64,000 bases of DNA from Longimicrobiales bacterium (GTDB taxonomy: Bacteria; Gemmatimonadota; Gemmatimonadetes; Longimicrobiales; Gaopeijiaceae), in assembly GCA_965202985.1 (NCBI GenBank), contig CBDBCF010000001.1, positions 832,001 through 896,000 on the forward strand, given 5' to 3'. The position numbers were made by a program, and so were the translations under genes. Under the pieces are notes generated by a model. It saw only the letters and a program-made list of their open reading frames with translations, made no database searches and was not told the origin of the DNA. Below, piece after piece: positions 29,604 to 38,706 of the stretch; position 1 is the stretch's first letter; the number at the start of each line of letters is the position of its first letter.

Positions 29604-30611
29604 TTGCCCGACTCCCACCACGACAACCCCCGCCCACCCCGCCGCAAGCACGACGAGGTCTACAAGTTCTTCTTCTCCCAGGCCCCCACCGTCGCCGAAC
29701 TCCTCCAAGACTACCTGGCCCCCGACTGGGCCGACCAACTCGACCTCGACTCGCTGCGCAAGGTTACCCCGGAGCACGTCGGCTCCCAGCTCGAACGCCG
29801 ACAGGCCGACATGATCTGGCGCGTCAACTTCCGACACCGCCCCGGATTCGTGGTCCTGCTCCTCGAGTTTCAGTCCCGCGTTGACCCCTCCATGGCCGCC
29901 CGCGTCCTCCGCTACGTCGCCGACGCCTACGACAACCTGATCCGCGAGACGCCGTCCGGCGCCGACCACCGGCTGCCCCCCGTCGTCGTCTGCGTCGTCC
30001 ACAACGGCCCCCGTCCTTGGGACGCCCTCCTCGACATCGCCGACCTGATCTCGCCCACGCTGCCCCAGTTGCGCGACCTCTCGATCCGGCTGCCCTACCA
30101 GGTGCTTGACATGCGGGTGCCGCCCGGGCGAAGCTTGCGGAAGCGGCGCATCCTGACTTGGTTGAGGGAGCTCGAGCGGGACGGCAGCACGGCGAAGGTC
30201 CAGGCCGTGCTGGACGAGGTGCTGGAGGCGTACCCGGGTCCCGAGCACGCAGGGATCGCGGAGGCGTTCGCGCTGTGGGCGATAGGCGCGGCCCGGATGT
30301 GGGGCCGTTCGGAAGAGGAACTGTCGAAGATCACCAGTTTGACGGAGGCGAGAAACGTGTACACGCAGATCGAAGAAGAGATGGCAAGGCTGCGGGACGA
30401 GGGCCACCGGATAGGCCACCGAAAAGGGCACCGGGAGGGATCCAGGACCGTCTTGGAGCGCCTGGTGGCCAAGAAGTTCGGCGCGGACGCGGCCGCGCAG
30501 TTTTCGGGCGTGGTCGGCGACTTGGATGGACGCGACCAGCTGGACGCGGCGGCGGACGCCGTCATCGAGTGCGACACGGTCGCGGAGCTGATCGCCCGGA
30601 TCGCCAACTAA
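29604..30611 (+). CDS. Rpn family recombination-promoting nuclease, copy 2
   Basis: AGGAGG then TTG; HDEVYK, LDLDSL, ADMIW, LLEFQS.VD..MAAR, HNG..PW. Confidence 0.88.
   Translation: MPDSHHDNPRPPRRKHDEVYKFFFSQAPTVAELLQDYLAPDWADQLDLDSLRKVTPEHVGSQLERRQADMIWRVNFRHRPGFVVLLLEFQSRVDPSMAARVLRYVADAYDNLIRETPSGADHRLPPVVVCVVHNGPRPWDALLDIADLISPTLPQLRDLSIRLPYQVLDMRVPPGRSLRKRRILTWLRELERDGSTAKVQAVLDEVLEAYPGPEHAGIAEAFALWAIGAARMWGRSEEELSKITSLTEARNVYTQIEEEMARLRDEGHRIGHRKGHREGSRTVLERLVAKKFGADAAAQFSGVVGDLDGRDQLDAAADAVIECDTVAELIARIAN
30357..30611 (+). CDS. Putative intragenic small protein (RpnS-like) within Rpn copy 2
   Basis: GGAGG 8 nt upstream of an in-frame GTG (MYTQIEEEM...), 84 aa. Confidence 0.55.
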   Translation: MYTQIEEEMARLRDEGHRIGHRKGHREGSRTVLERLVAKKFGADAAAQFSGVVGDLDGRDQLDAAADAVIECDTVAELIARIAN

Positions 30612-30864
30612 CCCAGCCAAGGTCTCTCCGCTGTCGGCGACGGCCCGGACCGCGGGTCGCCGTCGAGCGGCATCTGTGGGGTGCGGGACGGCGGCACGGC
30701 GAAGGTCCGGGCCGTGCTGGACGAGGTGCTGGCGGCGTACCCGGGTCCCGAGCACGCGGGGATCGCGGAGGGCGTTCGCGCTGTGGGCGTTGGGCGCGGC
30801 GCGGCAGTGGGGCCGTTCGGAAGAGGAACTCTCGGAGATCACCAACTTGACGGAGGCGAGACAG

Positions 30865-31131
30865 ATGTACACGCAGATCGAAGAAGAGATGGCAAGGCTG
30901 CGGGACGAGGGCCACCGGATAGGCCACCGGATGGGCCACCGAAAAGGGCACCGGGAGGGATCCAGGACCGTCCTGGAGCGCCAGGTGGCCAAGAAGTTCG
31001 GCGCGGACGCGGCCGCGCAGTTTTCGGGCGTGGTTGGCGACTTGGATGGACGCGACCAGCTGGACGCCGCGGCGGACGCCGTCATCGAGTGCGACACGGT
31101 CGCGGAGCTGATCGCCCGGATCGCCAACTAA
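30865..31131 (+). CDS. Stand-alone copy of the Rpn C-terminal small protein, 88 aa
   Basis: GGAGG-N8-ATG and an intact frame to TAA; the duplicated sequence upstream of it is frameshifted. Confidence 0.6.
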   Translation: MYTQIEEEMARLRDEGHRIGHRMGHRKGHREGSRTVLERQVAKKFGADAAAQFSGVVGDLDGRDQLDAAADAVIECDTVAELIARIAN

Positions 31132-31239
31132 CCCAGCCAAGGTCTCTCCACTGTCGGCGACGGCCCGGACCGCGGGTCGCCGTGGAGCGGCATCTGTGGG
31201 GCGACCTGCGCTTCCGGCGGTGACCGGTACTCGGCGGCT

Positions 31240-31380
31240 GGACCGCTGGGTGCCGCTCGCCCGAGCATGTCGGCCTCCAAGCTCGCACGCCGACAAGCCG
31301 ACATGGTGTGGCGCATCAACTTCCGCCATAGCCCGGGACCTTGCCCCGGCGAAGCCTTGGGGAAGCGGCGCATCCTGGGT
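31240..31380 (+). pseudogene. Degraded, internally deleted Rpn N-terminal fragment
   Basis: gccgacatggtgtggcgcatcaacttccgcc resembles ~29805-29835; ggaagcggcgcatcctg matches ~30139-30155. Confidence 0.7.
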
Positions 31381-31594
31381 ACTCCACTGCCGATCGAAAG
31401 CAAGACGAATCGACGCATATACAACTGACGATTGGCCGATTCCCAAAGACAACTACACAAAGCCACAAGCACGACCGCCTCGTGATCGGATCATCCCAAA
31501 ACCGACGATTGGCCGAAGCATTACCTTACGATCAGCCGAAGTTCCGCCGGGGACAACCCGAACCCCTCGTGTCCAAGGTCAAGCCGATCAGCCG

Positions 31595-32971
31595 ATGATC
31601 CCGCACACCGACCTCTACCCACGCCACGCCGCCCGGCCGCTCGCCGACGCTCTGGCCTACTCGCCCGCAGCGCTGGTCCACGGCCCCCGCCAGTGCGGCA
31701 AGACGACCCTGGCCCGGTCCGTCGGCGGCCCCTTGGGCTACTCCTACGTGAGCTTCGACGACGACGTGGCGCGCCTGACGGCGGAAGCCGACCCCGCCGG
31801 CTTCCTGTCCGACCTGCCGGAGCGGGTCGTGCTGGACGAAGTGCAGCGCGTGCCTGGGCTCTTCGCGGCACTGAAGGTTGCAATCGACCGTCGCCGGACC
31901 CCGGGCCGCTTCATCCTCACGGGCTCGTCCAACGTCCTGCTTGTCCCGAGGCTCTCGGACTCGCTGGCAGGACGGATGCACGTCCTTCGGCTGCACCCGC
32001 TGTCGCAGGCGGAGCTGGGGCGACCGGGGCCGGGGCCGTCGGCGTCTCCAGGCCGAGCCGTCCAGGGCGGGCCGGCCCAGCCCAGCGTGGGGTTCCTCGA
32101 CGCCCTCTTCGGCGGCGGACCCGACTTCCAGGTCGCCGAGAGGCTGGGCGCCGAACTTGCGGAGCGGATCGTCGCCGGCGGATATCCGGCCGCTCTCGTG
32201 CGCCCCAAGGGCCGCTGGCGCACCGAATGGTACCGGAGCTACGTGGAGACCATCGTGGCGCGAGACGTGCGGGACCTGGCCCGCATCCGCCACCTGGACG
32301 CCTTGCCGAAGCTGCTGTCCGTGGCCGCAGCCGGCACCGCCCAGCTCTTCAACGCGACCAAGCTGGCGTCCACCTTCGGCGTCGGCAGGGCGACTGTGCA
32401 CGACTACGTGACGCTGCTGGAGCGAGTATTCCTGCTGAACCGGATTCAGCCCTGGCACGGAAGCAGGCTCAAGCGGCTCGTCAAAACGCCGAAGCTCCAC
32501 CTGGGCGACACCGGGCTGGCGTGCACGCTGCTTGGCACGGATGCCGCCTACCTTGCCGCCGAGCGCACGCTGCTGGGGCAGCTCCTCGAGACCTTCGTCT
32601 GCCAGGAACTTCGGCGAATGGCCAGCGGTCATCCCGAGCCCCACTCGTTCCACCACTACCGTGACAAGGACGGCGCCGAAGTGGACATCGTGATCGAGCG
32701 GGGGCGTGCGGTGGCGGGCGTCAAAGTGAAGGCCGCCGCGACCGTCAACCGCGCCGACTTCCGTGGGCTGCGCAAGCTTCGGGCGGCGCTGGGCTCCCGC
32801 TTCGCCGGCGGCGTTGTGCTGTACGACGGCGAGTTGGGCGTGTCGTTCGGGGAGGGTCTTCGCGCTGTTCCGATCCGGGCGCTGTGGGAGACTACAAAGG
32901 CGTGTGCAGGCTCGGTGAATTCCCGGTCCGGTACGGTCACTGCTCACGAGCTTTCGGAACTCGCAGGCTGA
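31595..32971 (+). CDS. AAA_14 ATPase with DUF4143 domain, copy 2 (nuclease motif altered)
   Basis: GPRQCGKTT, LDEVQR, LTGS, DSLAGR, GGYP, PKLHLGDTG, EVDIV..GVKVK. Confidence 0.88.
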   Translation: MIPHTDLYPRHAARPLADALAYSPAALVHGPRQCGKTTLARSVGGPLGYSYVSFDDDVARLTAEADPAGFLSDLPERVVLDEVQRVPGLFAALKVAIDRRRTPGRFILTGSSNVLLVPRLSDSLAGRMHVLRLHPLSQAELGRPGPGPSASPGRAVQGGPAQPSVGFLDALFGGGPDFQVAERLGAELAERIVAGGYPAALVRPKGRWRTEWYRSYVETIVARDVRDLARIRHLDALPKLLSVAAAGTAQLFNATKLASTFGVGRATVHDYVTLLERVFLLNRIQPWHGSRLKRLVKTPKLHLGDTGLACTLLGTDAAYLAAERTLLGQLLETFVCQELRRMASGHPEPHSFHHYRDKDGAEVDIVIERGRAVAGVKVKAAATVNRADFRGLRKLRAALGSRFAGGVVLYDGELGVSFGEGLRAVPIRALWETTKACAGSVNSRSGTVTAHELSELAG

Positions 32972-35726
32972 CCGAGATTACTTCGTCGGCGTCCCCGAGG
33001 GCGCACACCCCCATCCAGTGTCTCCGGGCGGCGGGCTTCACGACCACCACTTCCCCCGACTCGTAAGCCCGAACTTCACGCTGACCCACGAGATAGTTGG
33101 TCAACGAGGACTCCAAACGTTCACCGATTCGGTCCAGCAGCTGCCTCAGGCTCCCATCGGGACTTACGACTTCGACAACCGAGGGTCCAGGCTGATCTTC
33201 CACGACAAAGCGCACCACCCGCAACGGTTCGCGAAGCGGCAGGTCGAACACCTCCGCACGCATTCGATGACGGTTCCCCTCTCGAAGCCAGACGTCGATG
33301 GCGGACCCGAACGCCTTCGCATAGCACACCACGTTCTTGGTCGTCGCCTGCGCCACCGATGTGTCCCGGCCAGCCTTCCACTGCCATGTCGCCCGAAACA
33401 TGCCGTCCCGCACCACAATACGCTCCGAAGGACGCAGCTTGTAGAGTTCGAACACCTCCTCGTCGAGGGCCCGCCACTCGTCCTTGGTCACGGCCTGTCC
33501 GCCCAGCTCTCGAGCCCGGTCGACGATGCGCCGGCCAACTTCTGAGGATGCGGCCTCCGCTAGATCGGGCACTGGTACCTGGGCGACGTCGGCAGACATG
33601 ACTCGGCGATTGGCCAGTCCCAGGGTCGATCCCGTCATGAGCAGGAACCAAGTGGCCAACGACGAACTCAGTATGCCAGCGAGAAGATGCGCAACATCCT
33701 CGTGCTGTGGAGGAAATGCGACGCCGAAGTAGGCGTTGGAATACACTGTGTCTTCCTCGGCAACGGCTACAACCATGCGAGGCATGTACTGCCTCAGAAG
33801 CATCTCCCTCATGATCAACACAGGTGCGCAAAAGATGTGCTTGTCGCGTGGGAACGTCAGTCCTGTGCGGAACATCGTGCCAATCTTCTTGAGTTCGTCC
33901 TTCAGCTCGCCGTGTGCCCTCCACAGGTCGTCGACCAGGGTCAGGTCCCGGTGGGTACCGACGACCGCGCCCTTGAGGAAGCGCGGGTCCCGCTTCCAGT
34001 CCCAGATTGGGAGCGTGGTGACGTCGCTGGGAGCGAGATCGAAGGTGTGGCTCTTTGCTCCGGCCGGCGACCAAGGTGCTTGAGCTGCCTTGATTACGGG
34101 CGGTACATCGCTACGGTGTCCGGCAAAGAGAATCATCGCGGGCATGTTGGCCTTTGGGAAGAGCCATGCGGAAAGATTCGACAGGTTGACCAGCGTCAGC
34201 GGCGCCAGCTTATCGATGATCTGCTGCAGGGCGCGCTGCGCCGTCTCGGCTCGTCCGAAGAAGTGATGTACGCATAGCACCAGGCCCAGGCGGGTGTCGT
34301 CGGAGCCGTACTTCATGGCCTTATTGACGAATCTCAGGCTGGTGCCTCGAGGGCCGGATGCATCATCGTCCCGCGAGGGCGGCATGGATCTCCACAGAGG
34401 GTTGCCCACGATCAGGTCGAACTTCCCGTCCCGGTTAGCGGCGGCCAACTTGTGTTGGTCCGTCCAAACGTCGCCCACGAACAGCGTCTTGCCGATGAGG
34501 GGCCAAAACGCCAGCGCCTGGGGGGGTTGCGGGTTGGGATCGAGGTCCAAGGCGGCCAAGTAGAGGCTGAATGCCGCGACCCTAATCGCGGCCTCGCTGA
34601 TGTCCAGCCCGAAAACCTGCTCGTGCAACACGTACCTTATCATTAGGCCACTTGGAGGCTTCCCACCGGCACGAAGCGTCACCAGCCGCCGGAACGCCTC
34701 GACGAGAAAGACGCCGGAGCCACACGTCAAGTCCAGCACCGTCTCGTGGCCGACGCACTCCACCATGACTTCGTCCAGCACCAGCGACACCAGCGACAAC
34801 CTGGTGCAGTGCACGTTCGTCCCGCCGGCGCTGCCCCGAATGGTCGGGTCGGCCTGAACGAACTGCTCGAAGATGGAGCTGATGAGCTCGACCGGAATGA
34901 TGTCGAACTGATAGGGGAAGAGCGTCCTCTGGCCTGTGCGAGGGTCCACGGCGTCCAGGAAGTCGGCCACGCAACGCAGATGCTCAGGGCGGTCGGGGCG
35001 GCCGTTGATCGGAAACATGTCGCCATCGAAGACGTTGTGGAGCCAGTCGAAGAGCCGTCCGGCGCTCCGCTCGTCGCGCAGCACGTCCGACAGGGTGTTC
35101 CTGCCGCAAAGCTCGTTCAGGAACTCGGGGGTCGCAATCTCTCTGTCGACGAGGTACTGGACAAAGATGGAGCGACCGATCAGCCCTTGGGCGTCAAGTC
35201 GCACCATGCCGCCTTGGAGCAGGTCCCGTTCGAGGCTGGCCAAGTCCGACGACAACTGCTGACCGACGCTGGTTCGTCGATGCACCCTCTTGGCTGCATC
35301 GTGTTCCCAGAAGCGACCCGTCTCCATCGCGAATCTGCCGGCAAGAAGGTCGAGTTCTTCAAGTTTCCCGGCAAGCTTAGCAAAGGTCCGCAGGCGACTG
35401 GCCTTGGCGTCTCCGGCGGCCCGCGGCCGGGCAAAGCCGTTGTAGAGGTTGATCTTGTTCTGCGAGATCACCCAAAGCAGGGGCGACTGTCCTTCGTTCC
35501 ATATCTCCCGACGCCACGTCGCGATGCGCTCCTCGGAAGGCGGCTCGGGCTCCAGCTTGAAGTAGACCGTGAGCGCCGATTCGCCCCGCCACTTTCCGTT
35601 CGGCTTGAAGCTGCGGAAACGCCCATTGGCGGTCGCCTCCTCGCCGAGGGTCACGCCGGGCGCCGGTCGGCCGCCGATCAGGTAGCCCGTGGCTTCCAGG
35701 ACCTCGTGGAAGAGCTGGTCGCTCAC
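32937..35726 (-). CDS. Large N6-adenine DNA methylase (type IIG-like RM protein), probably degenerate
   Basis: IPVELISSIFE, motif I LDLTCGSGVFLV, motif IV reads GNPLW rather than NPP(Y/W). Confidence 0.78.
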   Translation of the reverse strand: MSDQLFHEVLEATGYLIGGRPAPGVTLGEEATANGRFRSFKPNGKWRGESALTVYFKLEPEPPSEERIATWRREIWNEGQSPLLWVISQNKINLYNGFARPRAAGDAKASRLRTFAKLAGKLEELDLLAGRFAMETGRFWEHDAAKRVHRRTSVGQQLSSDLASLERDLLQGGMVRLDAQGLIGRSIFVQYLVDREIATPEFLNELCGRNTLSDVLRDERSAGRLFDWLHNVFDGDMFPINGRPDRPEHLRCVADFLDAVDPRTGQRTLFPYQFDIIPVELISSIFEQFVQADPTIRGSAGGTNVHCTRLSLVSLVLDEVMVECVGHETVLDLTCGSGVFLVEAFRRLVTLRAGGKPPSGLMIRYVLHEQVFGLDISEAAIRVAAFSLYLAALDLDPNPQPPQALAFWPLIGKTLFVGDVWTDQHKLAAANRDGKFDLIVGNPLWRSMPPSRDDDASGPRGTSLRFVNKAMKYGSDDTRLGLVLCVHHFFGRAETAQRALQQIIDKLAPLTLVNLSNLSAWLFPKANMPAMILFAGHRSDVPPVIKAAQAPWSPAGAKSHTFDLAPSDVTTLPIWDWKRDPRFLKGAVVGTHRDLTLVDDLWRAHGELKDELKKIGTMFRTGLTFPRDKHIFCAPVLIMREMLLRQYMPRMVVAVAEEDTVYSNAYFGVAFPPQHEDVAHLLAGILSSSLATWFLLMTGSTLGLANRRVMSADVAQVPVPDLAEAASSEVGRRIVDRARELGGQAVTKDEWRALDEEVFELYKLRPSERIVVRDGMFRATWQWKAGRDTSVAQATTKNVVCYAKAFGSAIDVWLREGNRHRMRAEVFDLPLREPLRVVRFVVEDQPGPSVVEVVSPDGSLRQLLDRIGERLESSLTNYLVGQREVRAYESGEVVVVKPAARRHWMGVCALGDADEVISVSLRVPKAREQ

Positions 35727-35881
35727 GGTTCAGGCACTCGCTCCTCATCCGCCCGCGGGAGTCGTCCGGAACGGGACCGCGAAGGCGGAGGGCCGCGGGC
35801 CCGTGGGAGTGCCGGACAAGGTAGCGAAGGGGTCCGACATGCGGTACAGCGTGGCCGGGTCGTGGTCGGTGTCTGTGCGAT

Positions 35882-35998
35882 TTCTTGGATAGTGGGGGCA
35901 AGTTCTTGGGTAGCTGGCCCGATTTCTTGGGTAGTGGCCGATGATTTCTTGGGTAGTCTGGCCCACTTCTTGGGTAGGCGACGACGTTTCTTGGGTAG
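35882..35998. repeat. Six phased direct repeats, core TTCTTGG(G/A)TAG, period 21-22 bp
   Basis: Cores start at 35882, 35903, 35924, 35946, 35967 and 35988, separated by variable 10-11 bp spacers. Confidence 0.92.
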
Positions 35999-36061
35999 TG
36001 CTGGACGCCGTGCACCTCGCTATCGAGCCCACGCAGCTGCCAGCGGAGCCGCCCAGAATGG

Positions 36062-36090
36062 TTGCGGTAGTCCCACTATTCCGATAGGTT
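36062..36090 (+). promoter_or_regulatory. Putative sigma70 promoter (copy of the mod promoter)
   Basis: TTGCGG-N17-TAGGTT; conserved with 40142-40170. Confidence 0.55.
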
Positions 36091-36143
36091 GAATGCCTCG
36101 ATCATCGGACACACGGCCCGCTCCAAGGGCACCCGGCGCAAGC

Positions 36144-37523
36144 ATGAAGAAAGACATCGAGAGCTACGCGCACCGCGACAAGGAGCGCGCCAACAACCCG
36201 CCGGTCGGCCTGGTGACGCCCGCCACGGACAAGGACGCCGGCAAGAAGACCTACGCCCACGACCCCCACATCGACCCCGAGGGGCACAAGACCGTGAATC
36301 CTAGCGAACGGAGTCTCCATATAGACGATCTTGTGGACGGCAAGCCTGTCGAAGTGAAGGATCGTGCATCTGCATTTGCACTGAAGGGTTATCTCGAAGA
36401 TGACCCCAGGATGGGAGGGGCAAATCTGATGATATCTAGCTGGAACAACTCGAAGTTTGAGATATGGTCTATGACACGCAGAACGGTGACAGATTTTGGC
36501 AATTGCATGACCGCATTGGCGACAATGCAAGATGTGGTAACCGGCCTAACGAAATCTCCCGAGACTTTCCACCTTGCTGAATTGATGATTGATCGGACAG
36601 CTATTGATGCAGCAAAGATTCTTTCCATCGATTCTCAAAACCCCAGAAAAGATTTCCGAAGGCTTTGGAGGAGTCGGTTGTTTGGCGAACTACCTAGACA
36701 TCGCGGTCATCGTATGTCGTGGAAACTTGATACAGACCCTGTACTCCCCTTTGATATCGGATTGATGTTTGTCGGACTCCCATTTATTAAGAAATCGATA
36801 AATCAACTTGATTATGACACTGGAACTGTGAGGCTGAATAAGTCGAGAGAAAGGTTCCTTGATCAACATGTTTTCAGTATATGGAGGCCTCATGCTGCAC
36901 ATGAGGGGCAGGACGATGACGATGGAGAGCATCAAAAATGTGACTTTACAGTGAGAGACATAGTCCGTTTCATGAGAAACTTGCGGGCAGCTCATGCAGG
37001 CAATGAACCTGGCAAAAACCAAAGCAACAAGTTTTCAATTCTAGAACAACTTTTTCGCGACTATCCGGTCGTAGCAAGGTATGTCAGATTTGTACTAAGT
37101 GCAGTAGTTTTGGAGATTCTTGTCAGAGGAAAACCAATTCTGTCAAAAATAGAGTATGAGCCATCTCCGTCGTGGCGTTTCGATAACCTATCAATTTCTT
37201 TGGTTGACAGGGCTGAAATAGTAGTGTCACGGTTGCCAGTGGACAACCAGCTGCTTGGCTCTGTAACATCGATTCGCCATGACAAGCTTGGCATGACTAG
37301 CAGCAAAAACTTCATCGGCGATGCAAAGATGATTGCAGATGAGGATTCGGTGATGTGGTTTTCTCCGTGGACAGTGATTGCAGGAAGAGGATTGTTGAGG
37401 GACAAGACCAACGTCGTAATTCGTGGTGCTCGCCATAAGACTGACCGTTTATCAGCCAAAACCATCCGTCGTGTGCGGATGGTTGTCAATGGCGAGCAGA
37501 TGTCGGAATGGGTGGATGTTTAG
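36144..37523 (+). CDS. Chimeric ORF: first ~46 aa of Mod fused to a low-GC unknown protein with a HEPN-like motif
   Basis: MKKDIESY...HIDPE nearly identical to Mod at 40224; GC content drops after ~36290; contains VRFMRNLRAAH. Confidence 0.65.
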   Translation: MKKDIESYAHRDKERANNPPVGLVTPATDKDAGKKTYAHDPHIDPEGHKTVNPSERSLHIDDLVDGKPVEVKDRASAFALKGYLEDDPRMGGANLMISSWNNSKFEIWSMTRRTVTDFGNCMTALATMQDVVTGLTKSPETFHLAELMIDRTAIDAAKILSIDSQNPRKDFRRLWRSRLFGELPRHRGHRMSWKLDTDPVLPFDIGLMFVGLPFIKKSINQLDYDTGTVRLNKSRERFLDQHVFSIWRPHAAHEGQDDDDGEHQKCDFTVRDIVRFMRNLRAAHAGNEPGKNQSNKFSILEQLFRDYPVVARYVRFVLSAVVLEILVRGKPILSKIEYEPSPSWRFDNLSISLVDRAEIVVSRLPVDNQLLGSVTSIRHDKLGMTSSKNFIGDAKMIADEDSVMWFSPWTVIAGRGLLRDKTNVVIRGARHKTDRLSAKTIRRVRMVVNGEQMSEWVDV

Positions 37524-38141
37524 CCCGCCTTATTCATGAAGTGGTCGTGCGGACGGGATTTGTGGAGGTTGGGCGGCGGCGAGGCGCAGACAGTGCGTGA
37601 GTGGGGCCGATTCGGCGTGAATGGGGCCGATTCGGGAGCACGGGGCGGGCGGAGCGAGACTTGCGCAGGCGTTCCTAGCCGGTCCGAGCGCACTTGGACG
37701 CACGGGGGTGTCGGGGCGATCCGGGACCGTCGAACAGGAGGGCGGTTGGCAATCGGTTCTTCCGGGCTAGCCGCCCGGGTCCGGCAACAGGGACAGCTGC
37801 CGGACGGCCAGCGCCCAGTGCTGCGCGGAGCGGCCCACGATCATCGTCACGCGACGGCCCGACACGGTGAACCGGCCTGGCGCGCGCGCATGACGCGCTC
37901 CAGCAGCCGGCGCAGGCTCTCCAGCCGGTCTTGGTGGCCCGTTCCAGCGACGTGCGCAGCACGTGCATGATCTGGTAGCCGAAGAGCGCGACGAGCAGGC
38001 GCACTCGTTGCAGGCGAACGCGTCGACGCTCGGGCCGTGCGTCGCGACCGGTCGGCCCCGGTAGCAGCGTTTGGGCCGCGGCGACGACAGCGCCGGTTCC
38101 ACGACGCTCTTCAGCTCCCCATGTGGCCCTCGGCCTTGCCC
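37524..38141 (-). mobile_element. IS1380-family remnant (frameshifted transposase C-terminus plus one terminal IR)
   Basis: Reconstructed GKAEGHMGELK...FACNE.RLLVALFGYQIMHVLR...LRRLLERV...RFTVSGRRVT; terminus CCCGCCTTATTCAT next to TTAG. Confidence 0.7.
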
Positions 38142-38523
38142 CGAGATCACCCACAGCAGGGGCGACTGCCCTTCGTCCATATCTCCCGGCGCCACTTCGC
38201 GATGCGCTCCTCGGAAGGCGGCTCGGGCTCCAGCTTGAAGTAGACCGTGAGCGCCGATTCGCCCTGCCACTTTCCGTTCGGCTTGAAATTGCGGAAACGC
38301 CCATTGGCGGTAGCCTCGTCGCCGAGAGTCACGCCGGGCGCCGGTTGGCCATCGATCAGATAGCCCGTGGCTTCCAGGACCTCGTGGAAGAGCTGATCGC
38401 TCACGGTCCGGGTACTCACTCCTCGTCCGCCCGCGGGGTCGCCCGGAACGGGACCGCGAAGGCGGAGGAGCCGCGGCCCTTGGGCGTGTCGTACAACGTA
38501 GCAAAAAGGTCGGACATGCGGTA
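38142..38523 (-). pseudogene. Truncated, frameshifted duplicate of the methylase 5' end and its upstream region
   Basis: Aligns with ~35462-35846; GTG at 38404 gives SDQLFHEVLEATGYL... Confidence 0.9.
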
Positions 38524-38677
38524 GCGGGGGTCGGAGGGTGCAACCACCGGACTCCCGCCAACACCCACCACTAACCAACAGCCGGGACGCCCCGAGCGTC
38601 CAGGTGTCCAGAAGGCTCAGCGCGTTTGCCTCTGTGGGCGCGGGGAGCGCTCGGACGTGCCGGCTACCCCCCAAACC

Positions 38678-38706
38678 TTGACGCACGGGACGGACGGTGT
38701 TAATGT
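38678..38706 (+). promoter_or_regulatory. Putative sigma70 promoter with extended -10
   Basis: TTGACG-N17-TAATGT with TG at the extended -10 position. Confidence 0.5.

Larger units (their letters stand above)
30176..31201. repeat. Tandem duplication of the Rpn 3' half plus downstream hairpin (~510 bp x2)
   Basis: 30176-30681 aligns with 30683-31201. Confidence 0.95.

Noticed and set aside
35882..35998. CRISPR array
   Set aside because: Repeats of 11 bp and spacers of 10-11 bp are far too short, and no cas genes are present in the window.
35745..36032. 95-aa minus-strand ORF across the repeat array
   Set aside because: The repeat register shifts frame mid-array and there is no SD; more likely non-coding or debris.
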